A stretch of 64,000 nucleotides of DNA from an uncultured Alphaproteobacteria bacterium (GTDB taxonomy: Bacteria; Pseudomonadota; Alphaproteobacteria; Rhizobiales; Rhodomicrobiaceae). Of the stretch, positions 1 to 9,633 are shown in pieces. The stretch is taken from positions 1,983,818 to 2,047,817 of the forward strand of contig CAWFNZ010000004.1 of NCBI GenBank assembly GCA_963817365.1, written 5' to 3'. Position 1 is the stretch's first letter; every line of letters begins with the position of its first letter. The translations under genes and the position numbers were made by a program. The notes under the pieces were generated by a model. That model had not been told where the DNA came from. It saw only the letters and a program-made list of their open reading frames with translations, and searched no databases.

Positions 1-66
1 CGGCATTGTTTCGACGGAACGGTAGCCGCAGGCTGGGCACGTGATCCCGGATTGCATTTGAACCAT
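1..66 (-). CDS. GDCCVxC-domain small protein, 5' part only (runs off the window edge)
   Basis: Minus strand from ATG at 66 reads MVQMQSGITCPACGYRSVETMP, matching the 'TITCPxCGxxxxETMP' N-terminus of this family; GGAGG RBS upstream. Absent from the ORF track. Confidence 0.6.
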   Translation of the reverse strand, partial: MVQMQSGITCPACGYRSVETMP

Positions 67-96
67 AAAGAAGCCTCCTGCAGCTTCTGGAAGCCG

Positions 97-537
97 CTAA
101 CGCAACGGCCGTTGCGCCGGCTCGTGAAGGCCCGCCACAGCAACCGCTTTGAACTGGATATGGCTCAGCGCGCGCAGTTTGGCGATGGTCGCGAAATCGC
201 GGTCGTTATGAACCAGCGTCATCTCATGCCTAAGCGCGACTTCCGCGATGCAGCAGTCGATGACGCTGCGCACGGTGAGCCCGCGCCGGCGCAAATCGAA
301 ATAGAGCCTGGCGGCGTTGGCCCAGCTCTCGTCCTCTATTTCGAGATAGTCTTGATCGGCGAGGTAATCCGAAAGTCTCAGCCATTCCCTTTCATCGCGC
401 GCGCCCTGCAATAGCTCAACTTGCGTGAAGCGCGTGAGGTAATAGTCCCGCCCTTCCAACAGATCGCGCAAGCCATGCGTCACCTCGCCCGAGCGATCCT
501 TGAACAGCGCCACCAGTACGCTCGTATCAATCAGCAT
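97..537 (-). CDS. vapC: VapC PIN-domain ribonuclease toxin
   Basis: 146 aa; N-terminal LIDTSVL, plus DCCIAEVA and TLVHNDRDF PIN acidic motifs; overlaps the stop of the upstream antitoxin. Confidence 0.9.
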   Translation of the reverse strand: MLIDTSVLVALFKDRSGEVTHGLRDLLEGRDYYLTRFTQVELLQGARDEREWLRLSDYLADQDYLEIEDESWANAARLYFDLRRRGLTVRSVIDCCIAEVALRHEMTLVHNDRDFATIAKLRALSHIQFKAVAVAGLHEPAQRPLR

Positions 538-739
538 CGTAGCGTGTGTGCCTCAGGGCCTTGTGGTCGTAGCGGTCCTCGAACGTGATCTTGCCGGCCA
601 GATCGAAGAGATCCTTCTTCTTTTTGACCTTCAGGAATTCAGCCAAGGCCAGATGCACGGCTTCCTTTTTGGTTTTCACGTTCGCCACCTTCATGACCTC
701 GCCAATAAGCGCGTCGTCAATATCGATATTGGTTCGCAT
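527..739 (-). CDS. vapB: VapB antitoxin
   Basis: 70 aa, MRTNIDIDDALI...KTKKEAVHLAL N-terminus typical of VapB; coupled to vapC. Confidence 0.88.
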   Translation of the reverse strand: MRTNIDIDDALIGEVMKVANVKTKKEAVHLALAEFLKVKKKKDLFDLAGKITFEDRYDHKALRHTRYDAD

Positions 740-810
740 TGCCGCTCACATACATCATCTGTTTGTGCATTATACACATCGAGCCGCACAAAGGAAGTGC
801 TTTCTTGCAA

Positions 811-1611
811 TCAGGCGGCGCCGAAGATTTCGGTGAGCCGGGCGCATAGCCAGAACTCGCCCTCGACGATCATGCCTGGGGCCAAGGCTTGTGGCAGGAC
901 GGTATCGTCGGCGACGAGGTCGAGGGTGCCGCCGGCAGTGCCGACCAGCGCCCAGGTGAATTCCTGCCCCGTCTCGGGGTTTTGACGGCGCTCGGCCTTT
1001 TGCACCTCGCCGGTCAGGAACGCGCGGGCTGGCGCCCGGAAATCCTCGGCTTCCGGATCGAGAAAGACGATGTCGCCGGAGCCGCCGCCGACGAAAAGCC
1101 CGCTCGCCAGGAAAGAGCGCGGCGTGAATTTGACGCTCTTGTCCGCCTGCGTGGCCTGGAACGCCGCTTCGTTCTCATACACAGCAAGCTCATGCGGGAA
1201 CGCCGCGATCTGCGCAATCGCCATGAACGGCACGGGCTTGCCTGCGAAGCGGGCGAAATCCACCACGTCGATCAGTGCAATCGTGGGGCCCAGCTCGACA
1301 TAGAAGGTGCCTTCGAAGAGATTGTCGCTTGGGCGCTGGCGCATGGCGCGAACGCGGATCGGCGTGCGGCCTTCGCCTTCAAAAAAGGGAGTTATACCAA
1401 CAGCGACATAAGGATCGGAATCGGGCTCGGACTCAGCCAGCTTTTGCATATGGACCCAAAGCTCGGCTCCGCCCGTCGAGTGCAGACGGTGATAGTAGCC
1501 CGGCGCGCAGGGCTGCTTCTCGCCGCCTTTCTCGACCAGATCGCTGACGAGCGTGGATAGCGCTTCCGCCGAGCTCGCCTTAAATCCGATGACACCGAAG
1601 TGATCCGCCAT
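811..1611 (-). CDS. Hypothetical protein (~266 aa)
   Basis: Long ORF with globular-protein composition; no motif recognised. Confidence 0.65.
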   Translation of the reverse strand: MADHFGVIGFKASSAEALSTLVSDLVEKGGEKQPCAPGYYHRLHSTGGAELWVHMQKLAESEPDSDPYVAVGITPFFEGEGRTPIRVRAMRQRPSDNLFEGTFYVELGPTIALIDVVDFARFAGKPVPFMAIAQIAAFPHELAVYENEAAFQATQADKSVKFTPRSFLASGLFVGGGSGDIVFLDPEAEDFRAPARAFLTGEVQKAERRQNPETGQEFTWALVGTAGGTLDLVADDTVLPQALAPGMIVEGEFWLCARLTEIFGAA

Positions 1612-1654
1612 CACCCCAACTCTCCCAAAAAGACACGCCTGCGGCCGTTAGCCG

Positions 1655-2767
1655 CTAAAGTTGTGACAGACGTTCAAGCTCGCCGCAAATTTCCGCGCCC
1701 ATGCCAGCCGTCGTTACCTGGGTCATGCCGTCCTGCATGATGTCGGCGGTCCTAAGCCCCTTCGCCAATGCGCCAGCAATTGCGGCATCGAGCAGATCGG
1801 CCTCCGCCGCCATCCCGAAGGAATAGCGCAGCGCCATGCCGAAGCTCGCGATGGTGGCTATTGGGTTGGCGATGCCCTTGCCCGCGATGTCGGGCGCGCT
1901 GCCGTGGACGGGCTCGTACATCGCGGCTGGGCGGCCGTTCGCGTTCTTGGCGCCGAGCGAGGCCGAGGGCAGCATGCCAAGCGATCCCGTTGCCATCGCG
2001 GCCTGGTCGGAGAGGATGTCGCCGAATAGATTGTCGGTCACGATCACGTCGAACTGCTTGGGCCAGCGGACAAGCTGCATCGCGCAATTGTCCGCGAGGA
2101 TATGGGTCAGCTCGACATCCTGGTAATCCGCGGCATGGACGCGGCTGACGACCGCATTCCACAAGACGCCCGTCTTCATGACGTTGCGCTTATCGGCCGA
2201 GGCCACACGCTTGCCGCGCGCCCGTGCCAGGTCGAAAGCCACACGTGCAATCCGCTCGATCTCGTGCTCGCTATAGACTTGCGTGTCGACGGCGCGCTTC
2301 TCGCCATTCTCCAGCGTCACGATCTCTTTGGGCTCGCCGAAATAGACGCCGCCCGTCAATTCGCGGACGATCATGATGTCGAGCCCCTCGACCACCTCGC
2401 GCTTGAGGCTCGAAGCCTCCGTCAGCGCCGGATAGCAGATGGCGGGCCTCAAATTGGCGAACAGGCCCAGATCCTTGCGAAGGCGCAGGAGCCCGGCCTC
2501 AGGGCGCTGGGCGTAAGGCACCTTGTCCCATTTCGGGCCGCCGACAGCGCCGAGCATAACAGCGTCGGCAGCCTTGGCCTTCGCCATGGCGGCGTCCGAT
2601 ATCGCCTCGCCATGAACGTCGTAAGCGCAGCCGCCAACGAGGTCTTCCCCGACCTCGAACGTGGCGCGGCCCGCCTTTTCGAGCCAGGCAACGATGCGTT
2701 TGACTTCGGCCATGACCTCGGGGCCGATGCCGTCGCCGGGAAGAAGGAGCAGTTTGTTTGATTTCAT
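1655..2767 (-). CDS. leuB: 3-isopropylmalate dehydrogenase
   Basis: [58 protein letters not shown] motifs; start at MKSNK (2767). Confidence 0.97.
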   Translation of the reverse strand: MKSNKLLLLPGDGIGPEVMAEVKRIVAWLEKAGRATFEVGEDLVGGCAYDVHGEAISDAAMAKAKAADAVMLGAVGGPKWDKVPYAQRPEAGLLRLRKDLGLFANLRPAICYPALTEASSLKREVVEGLDIMIVRELTGGVYFGEPKEIVTLENGEKRAVDTQVYSEHEIERIARVAFDLARARGKRVASADKRNVMKTGVLWNAVVSRVHAADYQDVELTHILADNCAMQLVRWPKQFDVIVTDNLFGDILSDQAAMATGSLGMLPSASLGAKNANGRPAAMYEPVHGSAPDIAGKGIANPIATIASFGMALRYSFGMAAEADLLDAAIAGALAKGLRTADIMQDGMTQVTTAGMGAEICGELERLSQL

Positions 2768-3035
2768 GAACGGAAACAGGGCTTTAGCTGGTTGGTCTGT
2801 TTGGGAATCCAGCGACGACGCTGGTCCGGCAATCTGCGACTTAGACCACACGGGGTGCAGCTAAGCACGGCCTTCCTGCGGATTCTGCACAGCTTTGTGT
2901 GGAGTTCAAGTCACTATTATTATAGCCCATCCATGGGGTTCCCATGGCACCGCAAATCCTAAAACGGCGAAAAATTCCCGGAGCCCCTTGCTTCGGCCTT
3001 CGCCCGCAACGTCGCCCAAGCCTCGTGCATTTCCG

Positions 3036-3386
3036 CTATCGGGAAATATAAGAGCAAAAGCCGTTGCGAAGGAGCCAGAGGCATTTCAAGGAGCCCACGC
3101 GGACAACCGTCAAATCCGAGTACATAAGAAAAATGAGATCGGCGGTGCGCCACCGCACTCCCGGATTGGGGACACGCGCGCCTATGGCAAATACGTCTTC
3201 CACTGTTTGGATCAAAGCGGCCGCTGCTGCCGCGGCGGCAAAATCGGGCGGCATTCTTTCTTTGTTGATAACCGTGTAATTCATCTGCCCGGTGGCCGCG
3301 GATGCGATCTCCTGCGGCGTTGGCTTGGTCAGGATCAAGACGATGGCGAGCGCCAAGACGATGGCCAAGCCAAGCAATTTCTTCAT
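3036..3386 (-). CDS. Small exported or membrane-anchored hypothetical protein
   Basis: MKKLLGLAIVLALAIVLILTK signal/anchor at 3386. Confidence 0.6.
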   Translation of the reverse strand: MKKLLGLAIVLALAIVLILTKPTPQEIASAATGQMNYTVINKERMPPDFAAAAAAAALIQTVEDVFAIGARVPNPGVRWRTADLIFLMYSDLTVVRVGSLKCLWLLRNGFCSYISR

Positions 3387-3671
3387 GTTAGCCCCCATTT
3401 GCGATCCGCTTTGCGAACGGCGCAACCGCGGTGTTCCGGTGTTTGCCCCTAACCTCCCGGGGTAGGGTAGGCGCGCCCATTTTGTTGCCGCCACACCTGG
3501 TTGTTGCAAAAGTGCATCTTATACAACCGTGATCGCAAAATCGTCGATTCCCGTTCAAATAAATGATGCAACCCACGACCATTTTTGCTACTTTGGCAAT
3601 ATAGATTAGCCTTTAAGAACCAAATCATATTGCAGCCGTATACTAACAACAGGTAACCCGGCTACGCCGGG

Positions 3672-4580
3672 TTACCTGGGGACTATCAAGCGAGCGGCCC
3701 CCCTGACCCCGCTTAAGTCGCCCCATTTGTTAACCACGAGCGGCGTATCGAAACAGTCGGAGAATACCCACCCCGGGAGCTCAGACACCGCCATTTCCCT
3801 GATGGCGTCAATGTTAGATACGCCGCCGCCTAACACAATCGCATCCGGGTCGGCAATGTTGATGACGGTGGCGAGCGATTTCGCGAGCCTCTTTGCGTAA
3901 ACGGCGAGAACGGATTGTGCCACGGCCTCACCCGCTTGCGCACGCTCGGCGATGGCTCTTGCCGGGGCCGCTTGGCCGGAAAGGGTCTGGTACTGCCTTT
4001 CGAGCGCCGGGCCGCTCAAGAACGTTTCGATGCAGCCGCGCTTGCCGCAATAGCAAAGCGGTCCCGGCAATTCATCCGCTTCCGGCCAGGGCAACGGATT
4101 GTGGCCCCACTCGCCAGCGACGGCGTTATGGCCCAGCAGGGGCTTGCCATCGACGACGATGCCGCCGCCAACGCCAGTTCCCAAGATCACGCCGAAAACC
4201 GTGCCGCAGCCTTGCGCGGCACCATCCGCCGCTTCCGAAAGCGCGAAGCAGTTGGCGTCGTTCTCGATGGCCACGGGCCAGGCGAAGCGCGCCTCAAGAT
4301 CGCGGAGCAGCGGGCGGCCGTTGAGCCAGGTGGAGTTCGCATTGCGCACCAGCCCAGTCTTGGGCGAAAAGCTGCCGGGTATGCCGATGCCAATTCCTGC
4401 GATATCCGAATCCGCCAAGCCCTCGCGGCAAGTGCTGGCTAGCGAAACGATTGCATCGAGCGTGCCGTCATAGTCTCCGCGCGGCGTTGGAACCCTGACC
4501 CGGACCCGCTCCCTGCCGTCTGGCGAAAGGGCCAGCGCTTCGATCTTTGTCCCGCCGAGGTCAACGCCAATCCGCCACAT
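3672..4580 (-). CDS. ROK-family sugar kinase (fructokinase/Mak-like)
   Basis: IGVDLGGTKIE, ENDANCFALSE, ILGTGVGGG, AGEWGH, CYCGKRGCIETF motifs. Confidence 0.93.
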   Translation of the reverse strand: MWRIGVDLGGTKIEALALSPDGRERVRVRVPTPRGDYDGTLDAIVSLASTCREGLADSDIAGIGIGIPGSFSPKTGLVRNANSTWLNGRPLLRDLEARFAWPVAIENDANCFALSEAADGAAQGCGTVFGVILGTGVGGGIVVDGKPLLGHNAVAGEWGHNPLPWPEADELPGPLCYCGKRGCIETFLSGPALERQYQTLSGQAAPARAIAERAQAGEAVAQSVLAVYAKRLAKSLATVINIADPDAIVLGGGVSNIDAIREMAVSELPGWVFSDCFDTPLVVNKWGDLSGVRGAARLIVPR

Positions 4581-4751
4581 GTTTAGGCCTCTCTCAGAAA
4601 TAACCGCATCATATGGCGAAGGAATTTTGTTCGTCCGCAAGGCGCGAAAAGGGGCGCATATCCGAGATATGTAACCCTTTTTGCAACGCAGCGGGAGGAC
4701 AAAAGGACAAGCCAGGCGGCGCGGTTATTTCTGAGAGAGGCCTTAGCCCCG

Positions 4752-5435
4752 CTATGGAACCGTGTGAGCCTCAGCCACCATGCGCTTGGCGGCATCGGCC
4801 GGCTCCGTTATCTGCTGTACGCCGTCCCTTGTGCCGATCACCGTCTTGCTTGCCGGATTGTGCAGACCGGGGAGCGAGTTGAAAATGTCGGTGACTTTGC
4901 TCGCAGCCATGTAGATGGTCTCGCCGTTTGGCGCGGTGAACTGCACAAGCGCGATCTTTTTGCTGACATCGCCGACGAGTGTCGCGACAGGGGTCGCCAC
5001 GAACAGCCGGTTGTCGGCGAAATCGACGACAGCCGTGTCCCGGGGCTCGTCGCTGGCGAAAGCGTGCCTTATGCGCCAGATTTCGCCGAACTGAATGGCT
5101 TGAGTGCCGCCGTCCTTGAGGTCCACGACAACGCCATCGTCCGAGAGGCTGGTTATCCGGCCGGGGTGCCTGCGGCCAAGAACGATGCGCGGACCATGAG
5201 TGGGCTGGAAAACGGAGGACGATTGCGCTGCCGCCGGAGCGCCCGGGCCGGCAAGACACGTTAGCGCCAACGCCAACGCTAGCGATACCGCTATCCCCCT
5301 AATCCTGTCCTTCTCCCGCAAGGGGAGAAGGAACGGTGCTGCACGGTACAGCTTCGAGGCCAAGGGCGCGGAGCGCACAACAACGTCCCCTCTCCCCTTG
5401 CGGGAGAGAGACAGGCTGATGGGTAAGTTACACAT
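4752..5435 (-). CDS. Exported hypothetical protein with a palindromic repeat inside its N-terminus
   Basis: ATG at 5435, 14 bp after the lpdA stop; signal-like segment IAVSLALALALTCLAGPGAPAAAQ; start uncertain. Confidence 0.55.
   Translation of the reverse strand: MCNLPISLSLSRKGRGDVVVRSAPLASKLYRAAPFLLPLREKDRIRGIAVSLALALALTCLAGPGAPAAAQSSSVFQPTHGPRIVLGRRHPGRITSLSDDGVVVDLKDGGTQAIQFGEIWRIRHAFASDEPRDTAVVDFADNRLFVATPVATLVGDVSKKIALVQFTAPNGETIYMAASKVTDIFNSLPGLHNPASKTVIGTRDGVQQITEPADAAKRMVAEAHTVP
5296..5423. repeat. RIME/REP-like double-hairpin element, copy 1
   Basis: Two hairpins (CCTTCTCCCGCAAGGGGAGAAGG; CCCTCTCCCCTTGCGGGAGAGAG); its reverse complement aligns with 14102-14205. Confidence 0.8.
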
Positions 5436-5448
5436 GATACGCCCGTTG

Positions 5449-6861
5449 TTAGAGGTGGATGGCGCGCTTGCCAACGGCGAGCGCGGCTTCTTTCACTGCC
5501 TCGGTCAGCGTCGGGTGCGCATGGCAGGTGCGTGCCAGGTCCTCGGCCGATCCGCCGAACTCCATCAGCACCGCCGCTTCGGCGATCATGTTCCCGGCAT
5601 CCGGCCCGACGATATGGACGCCCAGCACGCGGTCGGTCTTGGCATCGGCGAGGAATTTGACGAAGCCGTCGGTCTGCCGGTTCACCTTCGCGCGCCCGTT
5701 GGCCGTGAAGGGGAATTTGCCAACATTGTATGCGATGCCGGCGTCTTTCAGCTCTTCCTCGGTCTGGCCGATGCTGGCAACCTCGGGGAAGGTGTAGATC
5801 ACGCCAGGGATCACCCCGTAATTTACGTGACCGGCCTTGCCTGCGACGATTTCGGCCACGGCAACCCCCTCGTCCTCGGCTTTGTGCGCGAGCATCGGTC
5901 CGCGAACCACATCGCCGATGGCGTAGATGCCGGGCACATTCGTGCGGAAACGATCGTCGATCACGATGCGGCGCTTATTGTCGAGTTGTACGCCAGCTTC
6001 CTCCAGGCCGAGCCCTTCCGTGTAGGGCGCGCGGCCGATGGCGACCAGAACCACATCCGCGTCGAGCAGTTCTCGCGGGCCTTCGCCTTGCGCCGGCCGC
6101 ACGGTCACTCTGAGCGGTCCCGCGCCGTTCGGTTGAACGGCCGTCACCTTGGTGCCGAGCCGGAATTCCATGCCCTGCTTTTGCAGGATGCGCTGGAACT
6201 GCTTGGCGACCTCGTTATCCATGCCGGGAAGGATGCGGTCCAGGAACTCGACGACGGTGACTTTCGCCCCGAGCCTGCGCCAAACCGAGCCTAGCTCCAG
6301 GCCAATCACGCCGGCGCCCACGACGAGGAAGCGCTCCGGAACTTTGTCCAATTCGAGCGCGCCGGTCGAGGAGACGACACGCTTTTCGTCGATCTCGACG
6401 CCGGGCAGGCGGACGATATCGGAGCCGGTTGCGATTACTATCGTCCTGGTCTCAAGCGTCTTTTCCTCGCCCCCATCGACCGGCCGCACGAGCACCCGGC
6501 CCGGCGCCACGATGCGCCCGATGCCCCGGTGGGTATCGACCTTGTTCTTTTTCAGGAGGTACTCGATGCCCTTGACGTTGCCGTCGACGCCTTCCGCCTT
6601 GTACTTCATCATCGCGGGTAGATCGAATTCGGCGATGGCCCTGATGCCCATGCCTGCGAAACCGTGGTTCGCTTCCTCATAAAGCTCGGAGGCGTGCAGC
6701 AGCGCCTTCGACGGGATGCAGCCGACGTTGAGGCAGGTGCCGCCGAAGGTGGCGTTTTTCTCGACAACCGCCGTCTTCAGCCCAAGCTGCGCCGCCCGGA
6801 TCGCACAGACATAGCCGCCCGGACCTGTTCCGATGACAATCAGATCGTATGCGCCGGTCAT
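5449..6861 (-). CDS. lpdA: Dihydrolipoyl dehydrogenase
   Basis: [11 protein letters not shown] motif, [13 protein letters not shown] redox disulfide, HAHPTLTE active site. Confidence 0.97.
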   Translation of the reverse strand: MTGAYDLIVIGTGPGGYVCAIRAAQLGLKTAVVEKNATFGGTCLNVGCIPSKALLHASELYEEANHGFAGMGIRAIAEFDLPAMMKYKAEGVDGNVKGIEYLLKKNKVDTHRGIGRIVAPGRVLVRPVDGGEEKTLETRTIVIATGSDIVRLPGVEIDEKRVVSSTGALELDKVPERFLVVGAGVIGLELGSVWRRLGAKVTVVEFLDRILPGMDNEVAKQFQRILQKQGMEFRLGTKVTAVQPNGAGPLRVTVRPAQGEGPRELLDADVVLVAIGRAPYTEGLGLEEAGVQLDNKRRIVIDDRFRTNVPGIYAIGDVVRGPMLAHKAEDEGVAVAEIVAGKAGHVNYGVIPGVIYTFPEVASIGQTEEELKDAGIAYNVGKFPFTANGRAKVNRQTDGFVKFLADAKTDRVLGVHIVGPDAGNMIAEAAVLMEFGGSAEDLARTCHAHPTLTEAVKEAALAVGKRAIHL

Positions 6862-7095
6862 GCCGTTCGTCTCCGCTTTGCTTTAAGGCCCGCTTGGCCG
6901 ATTCACACGTTGTATAACAAACGCCTGCCCGCGCCTCCAGCCTGCATGCGCGCCGCTGACGCTTTTCCTCGCGTGTTTTCGCCCGGCAGGCCCGTTTCAA
7001 CCAACATTGCGCTTATCCTCGACGGGCGCTAAAGCTTGACTTCGACGAAATCTCCGGCCATTCGCCGGGCCTCAACGGCTGCATTGGAGTTGCCT

Positions 7096-8508
7096 ATGAT
7101 AATTCCTGTTATCCTTGCGGGAGGTACGGGCTCAAGGCTTTGGCCCTTGTCGCGGGCGCAGCACCCAAAGCAGTTTCACGCTCTTGTCAGCGCCGAGCCG
7201 CTACTGGCGGACGCAGCCCGCCGCGTGCCCTCCGTGCCGCCCTATACGCCGCCGTTTGTCATCACGAACGAGCAAAACCGCTTCGGCGTCGCCGCCGCCT
7301 TCAAACATGCGGGACTGCCGCTAGAAAGCATCGTTCTTGAGCCCGAGGGCCGTTCCACCGCGCCTGCCGCGGCGGTTGCCGCGCATTTGGCAATCGAGAA
7401 GGCTGGGCCGGATGCGATTGTGCTCCTCATGGCTTCGGACCACTATATCGAAAATCCGCGCGCCTTCCTCGATGCGGTCGAGGCTGGCGCGGAAGCAGCC
7501 AAAGGCGGCATGCTCGTAACCTTCGGCATCAAGCCTTCCAAGCCGGAAACAGGTTACGGCTACGTCAAAACAAAAGGCAACCCCGGTCCGGGCGGCGTTC
7601 TCAAAGTCGAGCGCTTCGTCGAAAAGCCGGACAAGGAAACGGCAGTCCGTTTCTGCGCGGAACCCGGTTATTTCTGGAACTCCGGCATCTTCCTGTTTGG
7701 CGCGAAAGCGTTTCTTGACGAACTGGGCCGCTTCGAGCCGGATATGGTCCGCCAGACACTCGATGCCGTCAGCAACGCCACCAAGGACCTCAATTTCATC
7801 CGTCTTGCTCCGAGTTTCCGGAAATGCCGTTCCGATTCCATCGACTACGCGGTCATGGAAAAGACGGAGAAGGCAGCGCTCGTGCCGCTGGACGCGGGCT
7901 GGAGCGACGTCGGAACCTGGGATGCGCTTTTCGATGCAGCCAAAAAGGACGAGGCCGGCAATGTCACGCGCGGCGATACGCTGTTGCAAAACGCCAAAGG
8001 CTGCTATGTGCGCGCCGAAAACGGCATGGTAGCGGTGGCTGGCGTCGACGACATCATCGTCATCAGCACCAAGGACGCGATGCTGGTCGCCAAGCGCGGT
8101 GACAGCGGATCGGTCAAGGAAGTGGTGCAGGAGCTATCGTCCAACCACCGCTCAGAGGCGGAGCAGCACCTCACCGTGCACCGGCCTTGGGGGAGCTACG
8201 AAACCCTGCATATGAGCGAGCGCTACCAGGTGAAGCAGATCGTCGTGGAGCCCGGCGGAAGCCTGTCGCTACAGAAGCATCACCACCGCGCGGAGCACTG
8301 GATCGTGGTGAAGGGAACGGCGCGGGTTACCATCGGCGAAGAGGTCAAGCTTCTCTCCGAGAACCAGTCGATCTATGTGCCGCTTGGCGCGGTCCACCGC
8401 CTGGAAAATCCGGGCCTCATCCCGCTCACGCTTATCGAAGTTCAGTCCGGCCCTTATCTCGGCGAGGACGACATCGTGCGCCTGGAAGATATCTACTCGC
8501 GGACTTAA
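7096..8508 (+). CDS. manC: Mannose-1-phosphate guanylyltransferase / mannose-6-phosphate isomerase
   Basis: PVILAGGTGSRLWPLSR, FVEKP, WNSGIF, GWSDVGTW, C-terminal cupin RPWGSY...HHHRAEHW; GGAG RBS before 7096. Confidence 0.95.
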   Translation: MIIPVILAGGTGSRLWPLSRAQHPKQFHALVSAEPLLADAARRVPSVPPYTPPFVITNEQNRFGVAAAFKHAGLPLESIVLEPEGRSTAPAAAVAAHLAIEKAGPDAIVLLMASDHYIENPRAFLDAVEAGAEAAKGGMLVTFGIKPSKPETGYGYVKTKGNPGPGGVLKVERFVEKPDKETAVRFCAEPGYFWNSGIFLFGAKAFLDELGRFEPDMVRQTLDAVSNATKDLNFIRLAPSFRKCRSDSIDYAVMEKTEKAALVPLDAGWSDVGTWDALFDAAKKDEAGNVTRGDTLLQNAKGCYVRAENGMVAVAGVDDIIVISTKDAMLVAKRGDSGSVKEVVQELSSNHRSEAEQHLTVHRPWGSYETLHMSERYQVKQIVVEPGGSLSLQKHHHRAEHWIVVKGTARVTIGEEVKLLSENQSIYVPLGAVHRLENPGLIPLTLIEVQSGPYLGEDDIVRLEDIYSRT

Positions 8509-8532
8509 GAGAAGAGCCACGAAGCGAACCAC

Positions 8533-9210
8533 ATGAGAAAATCGCTCAATCTAGTTGGCGACGGCGACGAGTCCGATCTAATCAAAGACCTCGAAGATAT
8601 CTTCGCGATCAAGTTCGCTGTCGCCGAGCTTGCGGCATGCCGGACCGCGGGAGATCTGAATGGCATTCTCTGGCGGCATTTGAGCAGGCGTGCAGGCTCG
8701 GACAATGTCCGCTGCATGGACGCCATAGCGTTCTACGCCCTGCGCAGCGTGCTCGTATCGGCAGGCGCGGGCCGGAAAATCAAGCTCCCGGATCGCTTGG
8801 ACAGCTTTTCCATAACGCCAAAAGACCTGGCATCGGCACTGTGGAAGCAGAAAGGACTTGCGGTGCGATTTGCTTCCAGCGCGCTGGGGATAGCGGGCCA
8901 ATGGGTAGCGCTGGCGGCATTCCCGGCGGCGCTGCTGGGCTTGAAATGGCACGTCTCACTGATATTGGCCGTTGTTCTTGGTGCTGTTGGCTGGCATCTC
9001 ATGACGCGCGACCAGGGTTCCTTCAAAGGCTGCGAAACCGTGGCCGACGCCGCCGGTAGAATATCGAAGCAAAATTACGGCAAGCTGGTTGAGAAAGGCG
9101 CGCGCCTCGATCCCCCGAGCGTTTGGCGGGCGCTTTGCAACGCGCTGTCATGGCACGGGCATTGCCCCGCGGACGAGATCGGGCCCGGCACCCTCCTGAT
9201 CCACCCGTAG
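8533..9210 (+). CDS. Hypothetical membrane protein
   Basis: 225 aa with a central hydrophobic hairpin; N-terminus weakly carrier-protein-like. Confidence 0.65.
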   Translation: MRKSLNLVGDGDESDLIKDLEDIFAIKFAVAELAACRTAGDLNGILWRHLSRRAGSDNVRCMDAIAFYALRSVLVSAGAGRKIKLPDRLDSFSITPKDLASALWKQKGLAVRFASSALGIAGQWVALAAFPAALLGLKWHVSLILAVVLGAVGWHLMTRDQGSFKGCETVADAAGRISKQNYGKLVEKGARLDPPSVWRALCNALSWHGHCPADEIGPGTLLIHP

Positions 9211-9306
9211 ACGGCCGCCTTGCGCCAAAGCTGCGTCCCAAGCTCCCGGTCTATGTGCCTGGGCTGAAGGCTTTCTACCGCATCGGCAATTGCGCATCCC
9301 CTGCAG

Positions 9307-9353
9307 TGTATAGTTTCAATACAGCCCAGCTTGCCATGTACAATTGTAATACA
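9307..9353. promoter_or_regulatory. Two tandem TGT-N11-ACA sites, candidate activator (MmoR) binding sites
   Basis: TGTATAGTTTCAATACA (9307-9323) and TGTACAATTGTAATACA (9337-9353), ~160-200 bp upstream of the sigma54 promoter. Confidence 0.5.
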
Positions 9354-9509
9354 CTCATTATCCAGAATATTCATTGAAGCGGTGTGGCTTCGGTATCTAT
9401 GCGATAGCATGGAAGCCATGTACTCCTGCCGCTCAAAAAGAGCTAAGCGCCGGTTATTGCTTGCATAACAGTAGAAAGCGCCACAACGGCGTTTCCTGGC
9501 GCCACCGAT

Positions 9510-9525
9510 TGGCACGAAATCTGCG
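9510..9525 (+). promoter_or_regulatory. sigma54 (-24/-12) promoter of the mmo operon
   Basis: TGGCACGAAATCTGCG: GG-N10-GC spacing; sMMO operons are known to be sigma54/MmoR-dependent. Confidence 0.85.
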
Positions 9526-9633
9526 ATATAGCCTTTGCTAAGTGCCGCTCAGAGAAGATCGAGCGCCCGCAGATCTCAAGCGCAACCCGTGGCGGCTTTG
9601 GCTTGCATACCGCAAATGTAGGAGGAATTGCTT

